The translations under genes and the position numbers were made by a program. 64,000 bases of DNA from a virus: the IMG/VR virus record IMGVR_UViG_3300048591_001244, positions 15,205 through 79,204 of that record; one strand, 5' to 3'. The notes beneath the pieces were generated by a model. It saw only the letters and a list, made by a program, of their open reading frames with translations. It was not told the DNA's origin and made no database searches. Below are positions 40,242 to 48,653 of this stretch, in pieces; within the stretch, counting starts at the first letter, position 1, and each line of letters starts with the position of its first letter.

Positions 40242-40740
40242 GTCTCCTAATTATTTTTTCCCTTATCTCATTTATATTGGCCGGAAAATATTCCAAATCC
40301 CCCGGTTGCAATCTCTTCATCTCTACCTCAACACTACGCCTCAAATAATCCCGCAATTCATCTTCACTATCAAATAATAACAACTCCCTCACCCAATACC
40401 CATGATCAACAACATCAAACAAATTCTCTACCCTGCTCCTACACAAATATAACCGCTCCAAATACGGATACGTATCACCAGCCTCATTCCGCTCTATCCG
40501 CCTATACAACTCGTAATCCCCCAACTTCCCTACATCCCAAAACTCATCAAAACAGCCACACTGCTCCACCCGAAATACTCCTGATCTCGTTCCCATAATT
40601 CTACAAATATAGAACCTTTTTGTAAACCAGTACAGGTCCCAACGACCTAGCCAGAACCCATACCAATTTACGCGTATTAACACAAATTCCCCATAAAATC
40701 TTTGAATAAAAGAAAAATTATTTCTCACCACAATATACAT
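40222..40740 (-). CDS. Hypothetical protein (true start probably the internal MGTRSG)
   Basis: The annotated 5' part overlaps the promoter-like motif at 40709-40734. Confidence 0.45.
   Translation of the reverse strand: MYIVVRNNFSFIQRFYGEFVLIRVNWYGFWLGRWDLYWFTKRFYICRIMGTRSGVFRVEQCGCFDEFWDVGKLGDYELYRRIERNEAGDTYPYLERLYLCRSRVENLFDVVDHGYWVRELLLFDSEDELRDYLRRSVEVEMKRLQPGDLEYFPANINEIREKIIRRHENRKG
40709..40724 (-). promoter_or_regulatory. Phage promoter-like motif GAAATAATTTTTCTTT, copy 1 (leftward)
   Basis: Exact copy of the motif at 43103 and 52187; one mismatch to 53240. Confidence 0.6.
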
Positions 40741-40744
40741 CTAC

Positions 40745-40809
40745 ATTTGTTATTTCTAACAAATAGTACCAACTTTATTTATCAACAATTCATTTGTTAT
40801 TCCTAACAA
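40745..40809. promoter_or_regulatory. Two tandem palindromic operator-like sites ATTTGTTA-N4-TAACAA(AT)
   Basis: 40745-40764 has perfect 8-bp arms and 40792-40809 is a second copy; also at 53495, 57663 and 63447. Confidence 0.6.
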
Positions 40810-40917
40810 GAATATATACATAGTCATGTTACCGGGAGAAGGTGTTCGGTTCTTCAGGTCTTAGGGGGCCCCCATGTTCGGGGTGGGGGGTAGGTCTTTA
40901 TTCGGGTAGGAGTCCCT

Positions 40918-40950
40918 AAAAAAAAAATAAGCCCTCTCATCTGAGGGCTT
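40918..40950 (-). terminator. Rho-independent terminator
   Basis: AAGCCCTC-tcatct-GAGGGCTT preceded by an A run on the plus strand (U tail on minus). Confidence 0.65.
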
Positions 40951-41116
40951 CACGTATCGTCCATTTAACCTGCCATGTGGTCTAGGCCTTGCTGATGAGT
41001 AGCAAGATTAGCTTACTTTCATGCTTTGTCGTATTCTAAAGCATCTTCTTTTACGACGGTAAGCGTACCGTCAGGTAATTCATAATAAATCATAGCAAGG
41101 GAAAGAAAAACTACCC

Positions 41117-41302
41117 CTAATTGGGATAGTTCTTCTCTACATAGTTCTTCAGTACAAGCGCATTGTACAATGTCTTGAACTGTTCGGGCGTGAGTAGTAG
41201 TTCGGTGTTGAAGTGAACGATTCGCCCGATAGTTAAGCAGATGAACTGCTTTTGCGTGTCTGACAGTTTCCCTATGAATGTCACCTGGTATCTTGTTGTC
41301 AT
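41117..41302 (-). CDS. Small hypothetical protein
   Basis: 61 aa ORF with AT-rich leader. Confidence 0.45.
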   Translation of the reverse strand: MTTRYQVTFIGKLSDTQKQFICLTIGRIVHFNTELLLTPEQFKTLYNALVLKNYVEKNYPN

Positions 41303-41432
41303 GATGATTTAAGTTAAAGGAAAATCAATCCATCCAGTGTTCACCGTTCTCATGTCCGTCATAGATAGTGAGTTCTTTGCTTATCTGACGTGAATTTTTG
41401 TTTTTCATAGCTGTATAGTTTAGAGTTAGAAC

Positions 41433-41471
41433 AAAAAAAAGAGATTCCCCGTATTTCAGGGGAATCTCTTT
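41433..41471 (-). terminator. Rho-independent terminator
   Basis: AAAGAGATTCCCC-gtatttca-GGGGAATCTCTTT. Confidence 0.75.
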
Positions 41472-41474
41472 CAC

Positions 41475-42029
41475 TTAAACCTCAAGGGCTTCAAGCGGAC
41501 GAATCGCTTTCAATCGAACGTCCATCTTGTGCGTCACCGGATTCATTTCAGGGCCGAGAACGATAGTCAGTTCACGTCCTAACAAATCAGCAACCTTGAA
41601 ATTGGCCTCAAGCGGTAAGCCTGTAGCTCCTGCCAAACCTTGAAAGATGCTCAAAGCCTGGTCAGAACGATTCGGCTTCCATCCGTCAGCTTTCTTCTGC
41701 TCAGGTGTGGAATACGGAACTTTCTCACGCAATCCAGTACTGAGATTCAGAGCATAACCGCCTGCATCTATGTACTTTCCTGACTCACGCTCTTTCTCGC
41801 TGAGTTCAGCAAAAAGCCTGTAAGCAAACAGATTGTAATAATGCCTGAACTGACGGCCCTCCTTATCTTTGAAGGTTACCTCTGCCTGTTCGTCCTTGTC
41901 CTTGAAATCGGACTTCTTGTGTTCAGGCACCTTACCTTCAATTCCTGCAATGCGCACATTATGCACACCAGACTCCAGTAGGCCAGACTTAGCTTCACCT
42001 ACGGTAAACACCATTTCATTCAAATTCAT
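41475..42029 (-). CDS. Possible DUF669-like / OB-fold ssDNA-binding protein
   Basis: LLESGVHNVRIAGIEGK start and DLLGRELTIVLG end resemble the DUF669 pattern. Confidence 0.4.
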   Translation of the reverse strand: MNLNEMVFTVGEAKSGLLESGVHNVRIAGIEGKVPEHKKSDFKDKDEQAEVTFKDKEGRQFRHYYNLFAYRLFAELSEKERESGKYIDAGGYALNLSTGLREKVPYSTPEQKKADGWKPNRSDQALSIFQGLAGATGLPLEANFKVADLLGRELTIVLGPEMNPVTHKMDVRLKAIRPLEALEV

Positions 42030-43102
42030 AACAAATAGTTTTAGGGCTGGCTTATCACCAGCGTGTTAATACGAACAAAAGAAAAATTGAATCCCCCTCT
42101 TTAGCACAACCACAACGCTACACCACCATCATACGACAGGACAGGTCTAATAGGCTTTACCGACAGATACGACAGGATCTATAGCGAAAGGACAGGACTA
42201 ATACCATGAACGCAAAAATTCCCCGCCGGGTAGTGAAGCCCAACAGGGAATAGCAAGAAAAGAAAACCATTATCAGGTATCGACCACAATGATACATAAA
42301 AAAAACCATCAGATATACTCCGATGGCTCTTTTGTCCTGTACCCCTACAGGACGTTCATTTACTTCCGAGCTACAAATATAATAACTTCCAATCACCACA
42401 ACAAATTTATTTTACTATCTGCCAATTAGGCACACCTCCATAGCCCATCCTAAAGTGATACATGATACTTACATAATTACTTTATCATTTCTCTGTAACT
42501 CCTTGATTATCAGTAGGTCTTATATTTTTTGTCGACATATATTGTGATTATTGTCTGAAAAGGGTGATTATTTGTTGAGTGGGGTATTATTTGTTTGGGT
42601 TATTGATTTGGGGTATTTCTGGGATTGTTTGTGGATATTTTGTGTTATTGTTGGGAGTACTATACATTCTGGAGGAAAGAGGGGAGGGAGAGGAGGAGCC
42701 GAAATGAAGTTTCGGCCCTTGGCCCAGAGGGAGACTTGACATTCTGTCGGAAGTCGGGTAAGGTATGAGTATGGAGTTGATGGGCGACAGAAGTTTTGAA
42801 CATATCGCTTGTTACCATCATTACAGCCTATTGGTCAGGTGATGAACGAGATGGGTTTTAGTTGGCTGTTGGATACGGCGGGGCCTGCTGGTGGGTCAGG
42901 TTTGTAGGAGGGATCTGGTGTCCGCTACTCAGGTGTGGAGGTAATTAACGGGAGTCCGGTTGGGCTTGGAACAAAGGCAGTAATGAACTGTACCGGGCCG
43001 AATAAAGAGTATATCCTTCACACGAGTTAAACAAATAGGTTCACTATCCTATTTCAGGGAACAAAGTAATGGTGTTGTGGTGAGAAAGTCAAGAGTTTGG
43101 GG

Positions 43103-43118
43103 GAAATAATTTTTCTTT
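43103..43118 (+). promoter_or_regulatory. Phage promoter-like motif GAAATAATTTTTCTTT, copy 2 (rightward)
   Basis: Lies just upstream of the first plus-strand gene; TTGTGGTGAGAAA also shared with copy 1. Confidence 0.6.
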
Positions 43119-43161
43119 CTTTCGTAATCTAATAAGTATTAACCAGATAAAATAAAAAACT

Positions 43162-43608
43162 ATGAAAATTGAGTCCTTTAGTTATGACGAATTGAGAGTT
43201 AACCATGAATTGTTTGATAATAAAATGGGCAAGTCACATGAGATCTTTAATATTGATTCGGAGCGTTATAAGTTGATAACCGATGCTATTTCAGTCCGGG
43301 CTAATAAGATTGTGGATACCCTACAAAAAGCTTCTGATTCAAAATCTGTACAAGAAAAGACAGATCTGCTCAAGCCGTATTTTAATGAACTCACCTTACC
43401 GGTTGTCATGACAGATCACTTACTTAAAAACAGTGAGGTGAAGTATGAGTCTGTAGAAGAGTTCTTTGTTGCTGTCCTATTGTGCGGTCAATTTTTTACT
43501 CAGACCAATCAAACTATGTCCAATAATCCTTCTGTTGCAATAACCATTAATCTAATAAACGTTGAAAACCTTTTGGAGACAAAGAAAGGAGAAGTCAATG
43601 AACAGTAG
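43162..43608 (+). CDS. Hypothetical protein, first gene of the rightward unit
   Basis: 148 aa, A-rich leader. Confidence 0.6.
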   Translation: MKIESFSYDELRVNHELFDNKMGKSHEIFNIDSERYKLITDAISVRANKIVDTLQKASDSKSVQEKTDLLKPYFNELTLPVVMTDHLLKNSEVKYESVEEFFVAVLLCGQFFTQTNQTMSNNPSVAITINLINVENLLETKKGEVNEQ

Positions 43609-43944
43609 AGAATTGAAAGTACAATCAAAGTATGTCCATGAGGTCCGGCCGGTGTATATCAAGGAGGCAACGAGATCTTTCAGCTATACCACCATACTAC
43701 CGGATCCATTTCCGGTGTGCAGGTAGATATCAGGATGGTCCTTGCCCTGGCATTATCATGTGGTGCATATGCAATGATTCTTACCCATAATCACCCATCC
43801 GGAAGGACATACCCTTCGGAAAGTGACAAAGAGATCACTAAGCAATTTGCCGATGCTGCAAAATTACACGATATCAAGATCCTCGATCATATTATCGTCT
43901 CACAAGAAAGCTATTATTCCTTCGCTGATGAAGGAGAGCTGTAA
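43598..43944 (+). pseudogene. radC: RadC-like JAB/MPN domain gene with internal deletion and frameshift
   Basis: C-terminal frame has HNHPSG..PS.SD and LDHIIV..YYSFADEG; the N-terminal ATG 43598 frame (VHEVRPVY) stops at 43726; the frames join out of phase near 43667. Confidence 0.75.
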
Positions 43945-43963
43945 ACCTTAAAATCAAAATGCT

Positions 43964-44188
43964 ATGACCAAACAAGAACAAATGAAAAGAATTCTGGTTT
44001 TTATTCGATTTCATACTGATATGCAGAATTTAGACAGAATAAGCCATATTGATTTAGATAGACTCGTTGCTTTCATCTTGCAATCGCTATATAATGAAAA
44101 TCCAGCATTGGCTGTATCTGCTTCTGAAGAATTGAATTTTACCAGAACAAAGAAAACCTATGTTAACAATCTAAATCGACGATCATGA
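43964..44188 (+). CDS. Hypothetical protein
   Basis: 74 aa ORF. Confidence 0.5.
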   Translation: MTKQEQMKRILVFIRFHTDMQNLDRISHIDLDRLVAFILQSLYNENPALAVSASEELNFTRTKKTYVNNLNRRS

Positions 44189-44436
44189 CAAAAATTAATC
44201 AAGAACTAATACATACCCTCTCAGCTTCAGAAGCTCAGGAAGGTATTGTTGAAATTGAAAAACTAATGGCTAAGCATCAAGAGGTCTGCTCTCGTATCAG
44301 TACTGATATGGAGCCGGAAGAACTGTTCTACCTACGAATAGAAGCTGCCATGACTGAAAGAGAGCTGCTTGTGGCTAAGAAAAAGATGAGACAACAAATG
44401 AAACGCAAACAAGTTCTCGGGGAGGTGTCATGTTAG
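44185..44436 (+). CDS. Hypothetical coiled-coil protein
   Basis: 83 aa, ATGA overlap with the previous gene. Confidence 0.55.
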   Translation: MTKINQELIHTLSASEAQEGIVEIEKLMAKHQEVCSRISTDMEPEELFYLRIEAAMTERELLVAKKKMRQQMKRKQVLGEVSC

Positions 44437-44523
44437 ATATCCAACAATCACCGCAGAAACGAAAAGCGAGGAAGCAATTATAGGATTAAAACTGCAAGAC
44501 AGAAAAAATGCAAAGTACGTGCC

Positions 44524-44640
44524 GCAGCTAAACGCTGTTGGCGATTTGAAATACGAAATTATCAATCTAAAAATAAAGTAACAATGGAAAACGAAAATTT
44601 GAATACATCAGAAGCCGCCAATAGCGATTTAGGTGCTGTT
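44524..44640 (+). repeat. attC-like hairpin H1 (AAC box degenerate, GTAC)
   Basis: Arms 44524-44543 GCAGCTAAACGCTGTTGGCG / 44616-44636 CGCCAATAGCGATTTAGGTGC, then T-GTT. Confidence 0.7.
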
Positions 44641-44874
44641 AGTGGCAGTAGGGATTCTCAGGAAGATTGGTATGATGATGAATATTACGAGGGACAGCCG
44701 CACGAGGATTGCCCTAAATGTGGTAGAAGCTATGACCATATTGATTTTGATTACCAAAGCTGCTCTAAATGCGGCTGGGATGCTGAAAATGAAAAATGGA
44801 CAGAAGCCCGTGAGCCATCTGATGATGATTATTTAAATGGGGGTGCGGACATTCTTACTGGAAGGTGGTATTAG
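44584..44874 (+). CDS. Cassette 1 cargo: acidic zinc-ribbon protein (CxxC...CxxC); start codon lies in the H1 loop
   Basis: Only Met is at 44584; reads through GTTAGTGGCAGT = VSGS; stop abuts the 3' IR. Confidence 0.7.
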   Translation: MENENLNTSEAANSDLGAVSGSRDSQEDWYDDEYYEGQPHEDCPKCGRSYDHIDFDYQSCSKCGWDAENEKWTEAREPSDDDYLNGGADILTGRWY

Positions 44875-44880
44875 TATTGC

Positions 44881-45012
44881 CACTAACGTGTTTGCGCTTG
44901 GCGCAGTGGCGGATTTCGGAGCGAAAAACTTTCAAACCACCACTAAAGCTGATGCGAGGCACAATGTTGAATTAACCACTAAAACCGCCATTGAGCCAAA
45001 CGCATGTTATGC
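44881..45012 (+). repeat. attC-like hairpin H2
   Basis: CACTAAC-N5-arm 44893-44912 / arm 44985-45004-T-GTTATGC. Confidence 0.8.
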
Positions 45013-45146
45013 TCTCGTTGCGGTTCATTAAGCAGAACTTTCAATCGAAGCAAGGTGTTTTTAATCTTTTTTTGTGCGGTGGTCAAAAAAATATCAACAT
45101 TGAAAATCAGCACTTTAGAGATAATAATACAAATAAGTGAAAAATA

Positions 45147-45190
45147 TTTGTAAAAATGCTTGGTGGTTACAAATAAGCGGCTTATATTTG
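45147..45190 (+). promoter_or_regulatory. Bacteroidota sigma70-type promoter inside cassette 2
   Basis: TATATTTG (TAnnTTTG, -7 box) at 45183-45190 with TTG/TTTG upstream. Confidence 0.55.
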
Positions 45191-45221
45191 TACTGTCATT
45201 AACAATCAAAATAACAAGAAA

Positions 45222-45647
45222 ATGAAAAATTTAATCAAAAACACAATCATCAGACAAGCAATCGAATTAGGTTTTGACTTTGAACAATTCACTAACGATG
45301 CAGATTTGCAAGAAGTAAGCGAAGCACTTATGGACTTCTTTAACGAAAATTCAGACAAGTTGCCAAAACTTGAAGATGCGTGCGAAGTAACAAGCAACGG
45401 AAGAACACAACACGTAAGCTATGGCGATTTTTGGTCTGATGGAGAGATAGTTAATTTTTCAGACAACTGGCACAAATCACCTGAAACAAAAGTTTTTCAC
45501 TCTGATTTTGTAATGGAAGATACTGACGGATTGATGAAAAATATGAACTTGTATTATTTAGTTGGCGAAACTGATTACAACGCACCTGACGGCTACTATT
45601 ACAGCAAAAGCGAAAAAAGACACGTAAAAGAAGAAGAAAATGCGTAA
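45222..45647 (+). CDS. Cassette 2 cargo, hypothetical protein
   Basis: 141 aa, A-rich leader, follows a promoter. Confidence 0.65.
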   Translation: MKNLIKNTIIRQAIELGFDFEQFTNDADLQEVSEALMDFFNENSDKLPKLEDACEVTSNGRTQHVSYGDFWSDGEIVNFSDNWHKSPETKVFHSDFVMEDTDGLMKNMNLYYLVGETDYNAPDGYYYSKSEKRHVKEEENA

Positions 45648-45855
45648 GATTTTTCACTTAGAAATCAAATCGGAAAGCTCCCATAAATACTACGGGAGCT
45701 TATCCGCTTTATGCTCTGAAAACCCAAATTTGGGTATTTCAAAATTCACACTTGACAGATTTGATTTTACAGAACCTTTTGAAAATGCAACTTGCATTAT
45801 CCGAAAATCAGTAATGAAAACTACTGGAAGCGTGGGAGAAAAAGTTAAATGGTAA
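45640..45855 (+). CDS. Cassette 2 cargo, small putative DNA-binding protein
   Basis: 71 aa, YYGSLSAL...LGISKFTL; overlaps the previous stop. Confidence 0.55.
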   Translation: MRKIFHLEIKSESSHKYYGSLSALCSENPNLGISKFTLDRFDFTEPFENATCIIRKSVMKTTGSVGEKVKW

Positions 45856-45962
45856 ATTAGAGAACAACACGAATTTAATTATTAAGTAAAAAACGCTCAC
45901 TTTAGCAGTACGCCCCTGCTTTTGTATAGCGTATGTTATAGGGCGTTTTTAATTTAATCAAA

Positions 45963-46157
45963 ATGAGAACAGTAGAAGTGACAGTAACTTACAAGTATGA
46001 GCTTGAAATTGACGACAACAACGAGATTGTCAAAGAGTATGAAAGCGAAAACGAATTATTGGTGGATTGTGCCACTTATCGTTTCTCAACAGGATTACCT
46101 GTAATTGGTGATGGTGGGGTAAAAGTTAAGGATGTCGAATTGGTCGAGGTTTCTTAA
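45963..46157 (+). CDS. Cassette 3 cargo, hypothetical protein
   Basis: 64 aa bounded by IRs 45935-45948 / 46156-46169. Confidence 0.65.
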   Translation: MRTVEVTVTYKYELEIDDNNEIVKEYESENELLVDCATYRFSTGLPVIGDGGVKVKDVELVEVS

Positions 46158-46162
46158 ATGCC

Positions 46163-46293
46163 CTATAACGTAAAAGTATAAAAGCAGGTGGGGATTGAAC
46201 GGCAAACACGTTTCGACTTGCACAAAACTAAATAAACAGCCGAGGTGGTTAAAAATAGCACATAACCCCACTTGATTTTATACAGTGTTGTGT
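46163..46293 (+). repeat. attC-like hairpin H4
   Basis: CTATAAC-N6-arm 46176-46193 / arm 46266-46283-AGT-GTTGTGT. Confidence 0.8.
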
Positions 46294-46306
46294 GCAGTTA
46301 TTTATT

Positions 46307-46627
46307 ATGTTTAAATTACATTATGCAAGTTTAGATTTAGGGAATAATGATATTCCTTGTTTTGAGTTCAAAAAACATTCTCAAATGGTTGATTTTATTG
46401 ATGAAAAATGTATCAATAGAAATGGAAAAGTTGTTTGGCTTTTGGCTAAAGAAGATTTTACAGATGTTTTTATTTCTGAAAATCATTTAAGTATTCAGGA
46501 TTTTTTAAGTAAAAAAGATTGCTGGCAAACAACTGGTAATTATTTTCTTCAAGAATATACAAGTTTTGAAGATGCTTATCGTGTCGCATTAGATATGTCA
46601 GAAATTAGTCCGCTGTGTTATTCATAA
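46307..46627 (+). CDS. Cassette 4 cargo, hypothetical protein
   Basis: ATG 46307; stop lies within the 3' IR 46624-46638. Confidence 0.65.
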   Translation: MFKLHYASLDLGNNDIPCFEFKKHSQMVDFIDEKCINRNGKVVWLLAKEDFTDVFISENHLSIQDFLSKKDCWQTTGNYFLQEYTSFEDAYRVALDMSEISPLCYS

Positions 46628-46641
46628 TTGCACACAACATC

Positions 46642-46914
46642 ATGAACAACTATCGCTCAATTGACAAAAAAACACCTGAAGTTGTTGACAATACAACAAA
46701 TGATACATATCCTAAAACCCTATACATTCGAAATGAAGTGGGAGGAATGGTGTGGCAAGTATATCATGTTAATAACATAACAGAAGCTCTCAATCTCGTT
46801 AAAAATGCTGTTAAAAATGGATTTTATGGCAACCATACATTAGAAGACCATACAAATGAAACAGAAACATGGCCTGATTGGAGAAAAACAGCACATCCAG
46901 ACATCTTTAAATAA
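46642..46914 (+). CDS. Hypothetical protein
   Basis: ATG 46642 in frame with track ORF 46615-46914. Confidence 0.55.
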   Translation: MNNYRSIDKKTPEVVDNTTNDTYPKTLYIRNEVGGMVWQVYHVNNITEALNLVKNAVKNGFYGNHTLEDHTNETETWPDWRKTAHPDIFK

Positions 46915-46922
46915 CATAAACC

Positions 46923-47291
46923 ATGAAAATAAAAGACATACTAAAGAAATACCTTCCTTATCACATAGTAAAAGAAATAACAGAAGCTATGAAATCACAG
47001 GGAAGAGGACACGAGCTAAATCGCTTTAATTATGCGGTAAAATCACCACATTCAATAATAGGGCTTTCATTTGAATGGGCTATAAAAAACTACTTGAATA
47101 AAAATGACATCTATAAAGATGATAGTGACTTTCAGGATATCATTATTAATTCTTTCTATAATCAACACAATGAAGAAGAAGGTCGGCTAGATGTAAATGA
47201 CAATCCCTGGAAAGACAAATTAGATTATGTACATAATCACTTCGAATTATTCTGTCAGTATGCACAAAATAACTGGAGAAAGATTAAATAA
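46923..47291 (+). CDS. Hypothetical protein
   Basis: 122 aa ORF. Confidence 0.55.
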   Translation: MKIKDILKKYLPYHIVKEITEAMKSQGRGHELNRFNYAVKSPHSIIGLSFEWAIKNYLNKNDIYKDDSDFQDIIINSFYNQHNEEEGRLDVNDNPWKDKLDYVHNHFELFCQYAQNNWRKIK

Positions 47292-47360
47292 AATAAATTT
47301 CATCCCTCGCATCTTGGTCGGTGCGGGGGATTTATAGACGGATGGAAAACTGAAAGTAAC

Positions 47361-47756
47361 ATGATAACAGAGACAAAAGAAATATATAAGTGCGACCATT
47401 GTAAAAAGATGTACCAAAGAAAGTCGGCTTGCATGAGGCACGAAGATGTTTGTTTTAAAAGCCCTGATTTTTTAAGACCATGCCATAGTTGCGTGAATCT
47501 TGAAAAGAGAACCACAACCGTATTTAGCGGACGTAGTGATGAAAACGGCAATGAATATGAAATGACCGTAAACCTTATGTTCTGTAAAAAAAGAGACTGC
47601 TTCATTCATCCACATAAAGTAGCGGTAAAGGGAAATGCTTTCGAGACTGGAGATAAAGAAAATATTGAAATGCCAAAAGAGTGTGAATTTTATGAAAATG
47701 AATATGCGTATGTGTTAAAAGACAATCTAACCCCAACCCATGAAAACCACCCCTGA
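47361..47756 (+). CDS. Cys-rich zinc-binding protein
   Basis: YKCDHCKK...CMRHE..C, CHSC and further Cys. Confidence 0.65.
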   Translation: MITETKEIYKCDHCKKMYQRKSACMRHEDVCFKSPDFLRPCHSCVNLEKRTTTVFSGRSDENGNEYEMTVNLMFCKKRDCFIHPHKVAVKGNAFETGDKENIEMPKECEFYENEYAYVLKDNLTPTHENHP

Positions 47757-48201
47757 CTACTTCAACGAAATAAAATGCCCGATTGTTAGGCGCAGGGCGA
47801 TAAGGAATTGCGATGAACCTGAAAAACAAGAGAGTAGTCTAAAATGGGCAATTCATGGAGGCTTCGTCTGGAGAGAAACTCCTGAAGGTGTTGCATACTG
47901 GAGTGAGGTTTACGAAAACCCACTCGCCCCATCCCCAGAACATCTACTACCTGATGGGTACAGGGAGGAGGCCGAGCCAAACTTGACGTTAGCAGCAGTA
48001 ACGGATTTAAAAATGGAACATTCAAAACAAGAAAAAGAAATTTACGAATTAGCAGAACTTTTGATGCAGTCTGAAAACTTAGAAGCAAGTGCAACTATCC
48101 TTCGTGATTTTGCTGAAAAATGTTACCAAGAAGGTGCAATAGATGCTCAAAATGATGCGGCAAAAGAAATACGTGAACACTATGTAGAAGGTGGTCGGTA
48201 G
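47740..48201 (+). CDS. In-frame fusion of a resident gene (FxWxxTPEG..YW motif) with cassette 5 cargo
   Basis: Cassette IR starts at 47988 inside the ORF; cassette's own ATG at 48013 is in frame. Confidence 0.6.
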   Translation: MKTTPDYFNEIKCPIVRRRAIRNCDEPEKQESSLKWAIHGGFVWRETPEGVAYWSEVYENPLAPSPEHLLPDGYREEAEPNLTLAAVTDLKMEHSKQEKEIYELAELLMQSENLEASATILRDFAEKCYQEGAIDAQNDAAKEIREHYVEGGR

Positions 48202-48208
48202 TTATTGC

Positions 48209-48342
48209 TGCTAACGCCCAAGCAGCTTTGCGTTCGGTGGCGTTTTTAAACCGAACGCTTCACTTAATAACAAAATTTGATATGGAAAAAAATGTAACAA
48301 CCAACACCTACCCACAGCATGACGCAAAACTGCCTGTTAGCG
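48209..48342 (+). repeat. attC-like hairpin H5
   Basis: GCTAAC-N6-GCAGCTTTGCGT (48222-48233) / ACGCAAAACTGC (48322-48333)-CT-GTTAGCG. Confidence 0.7.
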
Positions 48343-48497
48343 GTAGTTATTATTGGTATTGTCGATTCACTTTCAAAGGAGATAAATGTGATTTATACCT
48401 TACAGAAAGAAACAACTGCAAAACATTTAAGGAACTTCGTAGATGGTGGAGAAAAGAGAAACCAAACTTAAAACTTCTGTCAGCGGTCAGGAAATAA
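48282..48497 (+). CDS. Cassette 6 cargo; start codon lies in the H5 loop
   Basis: MEKNVTTNTYPQHDAKLP-VSGS-YYWY...; no other Met; stop lies within the 3' IR. Confidence 0.65.
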   Translation: MEKNVTTNTYPQHDAKLPVSGSYYWYCRFTFKGDKCDLYLTERNNCKTFKELRRWWRKEKPNLKLLSAVRK

Positions 48498-48501
48498 TTT
48501 C

Positions 48502-48653
48502 CGCTAACAAGCTGGTATGTGCTGTGCCAGCCACAAAATTAATAATCACGGCACTAACTTAACAGGCATAGCATATACCGTTTTCGGGCTTGGCGTTCGG
48601 TTTTGTGCGTAGGGCTTGTGGGTGGCAAAACTGACGCAAAACCCGTGTTATAT
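48502..48653 (+). repeat. Two fused attC-like hairpins H6a and H6b with no cassette between them
   Basis: Arms 48514-48528/48565-48579 and 48585-48605/48626-48645. Confidence 0.7.

Larger units (their letters stand above)
44514..46638 (+). mobile_element. Integron-like cassette array A (3 complete cassettes, 1 damaged, attC-like hairpins H1-H4)
   Basis: GTT...AAC cassette-specific inverted repeats 44638/44887, 45935/46169 and 46287/46638; intervening hairpins. Confidence 0.8.

Noticed and set aside
389-42029. Stop-codon reassignment (TAG or TGA), known in some crAss-like phages
   Set aside because: Structural genes are full length in code 11, TAG and TGA both end genes, and no suppressor tRNA was seen.
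42157-42739. ORFs 42157-42399 (-) and 42551-42739 (+)
   Set aside because: Non-ATG starts and hydrophobic composition explained by the local G/T skew; probably non-coding.
44837-45031. ORF 44837-45031 crossing hairpin H2
   Set aside because: It overlaps the C1 cargo out of frame and consists mostly of hairpin sequence; no support as a gene.
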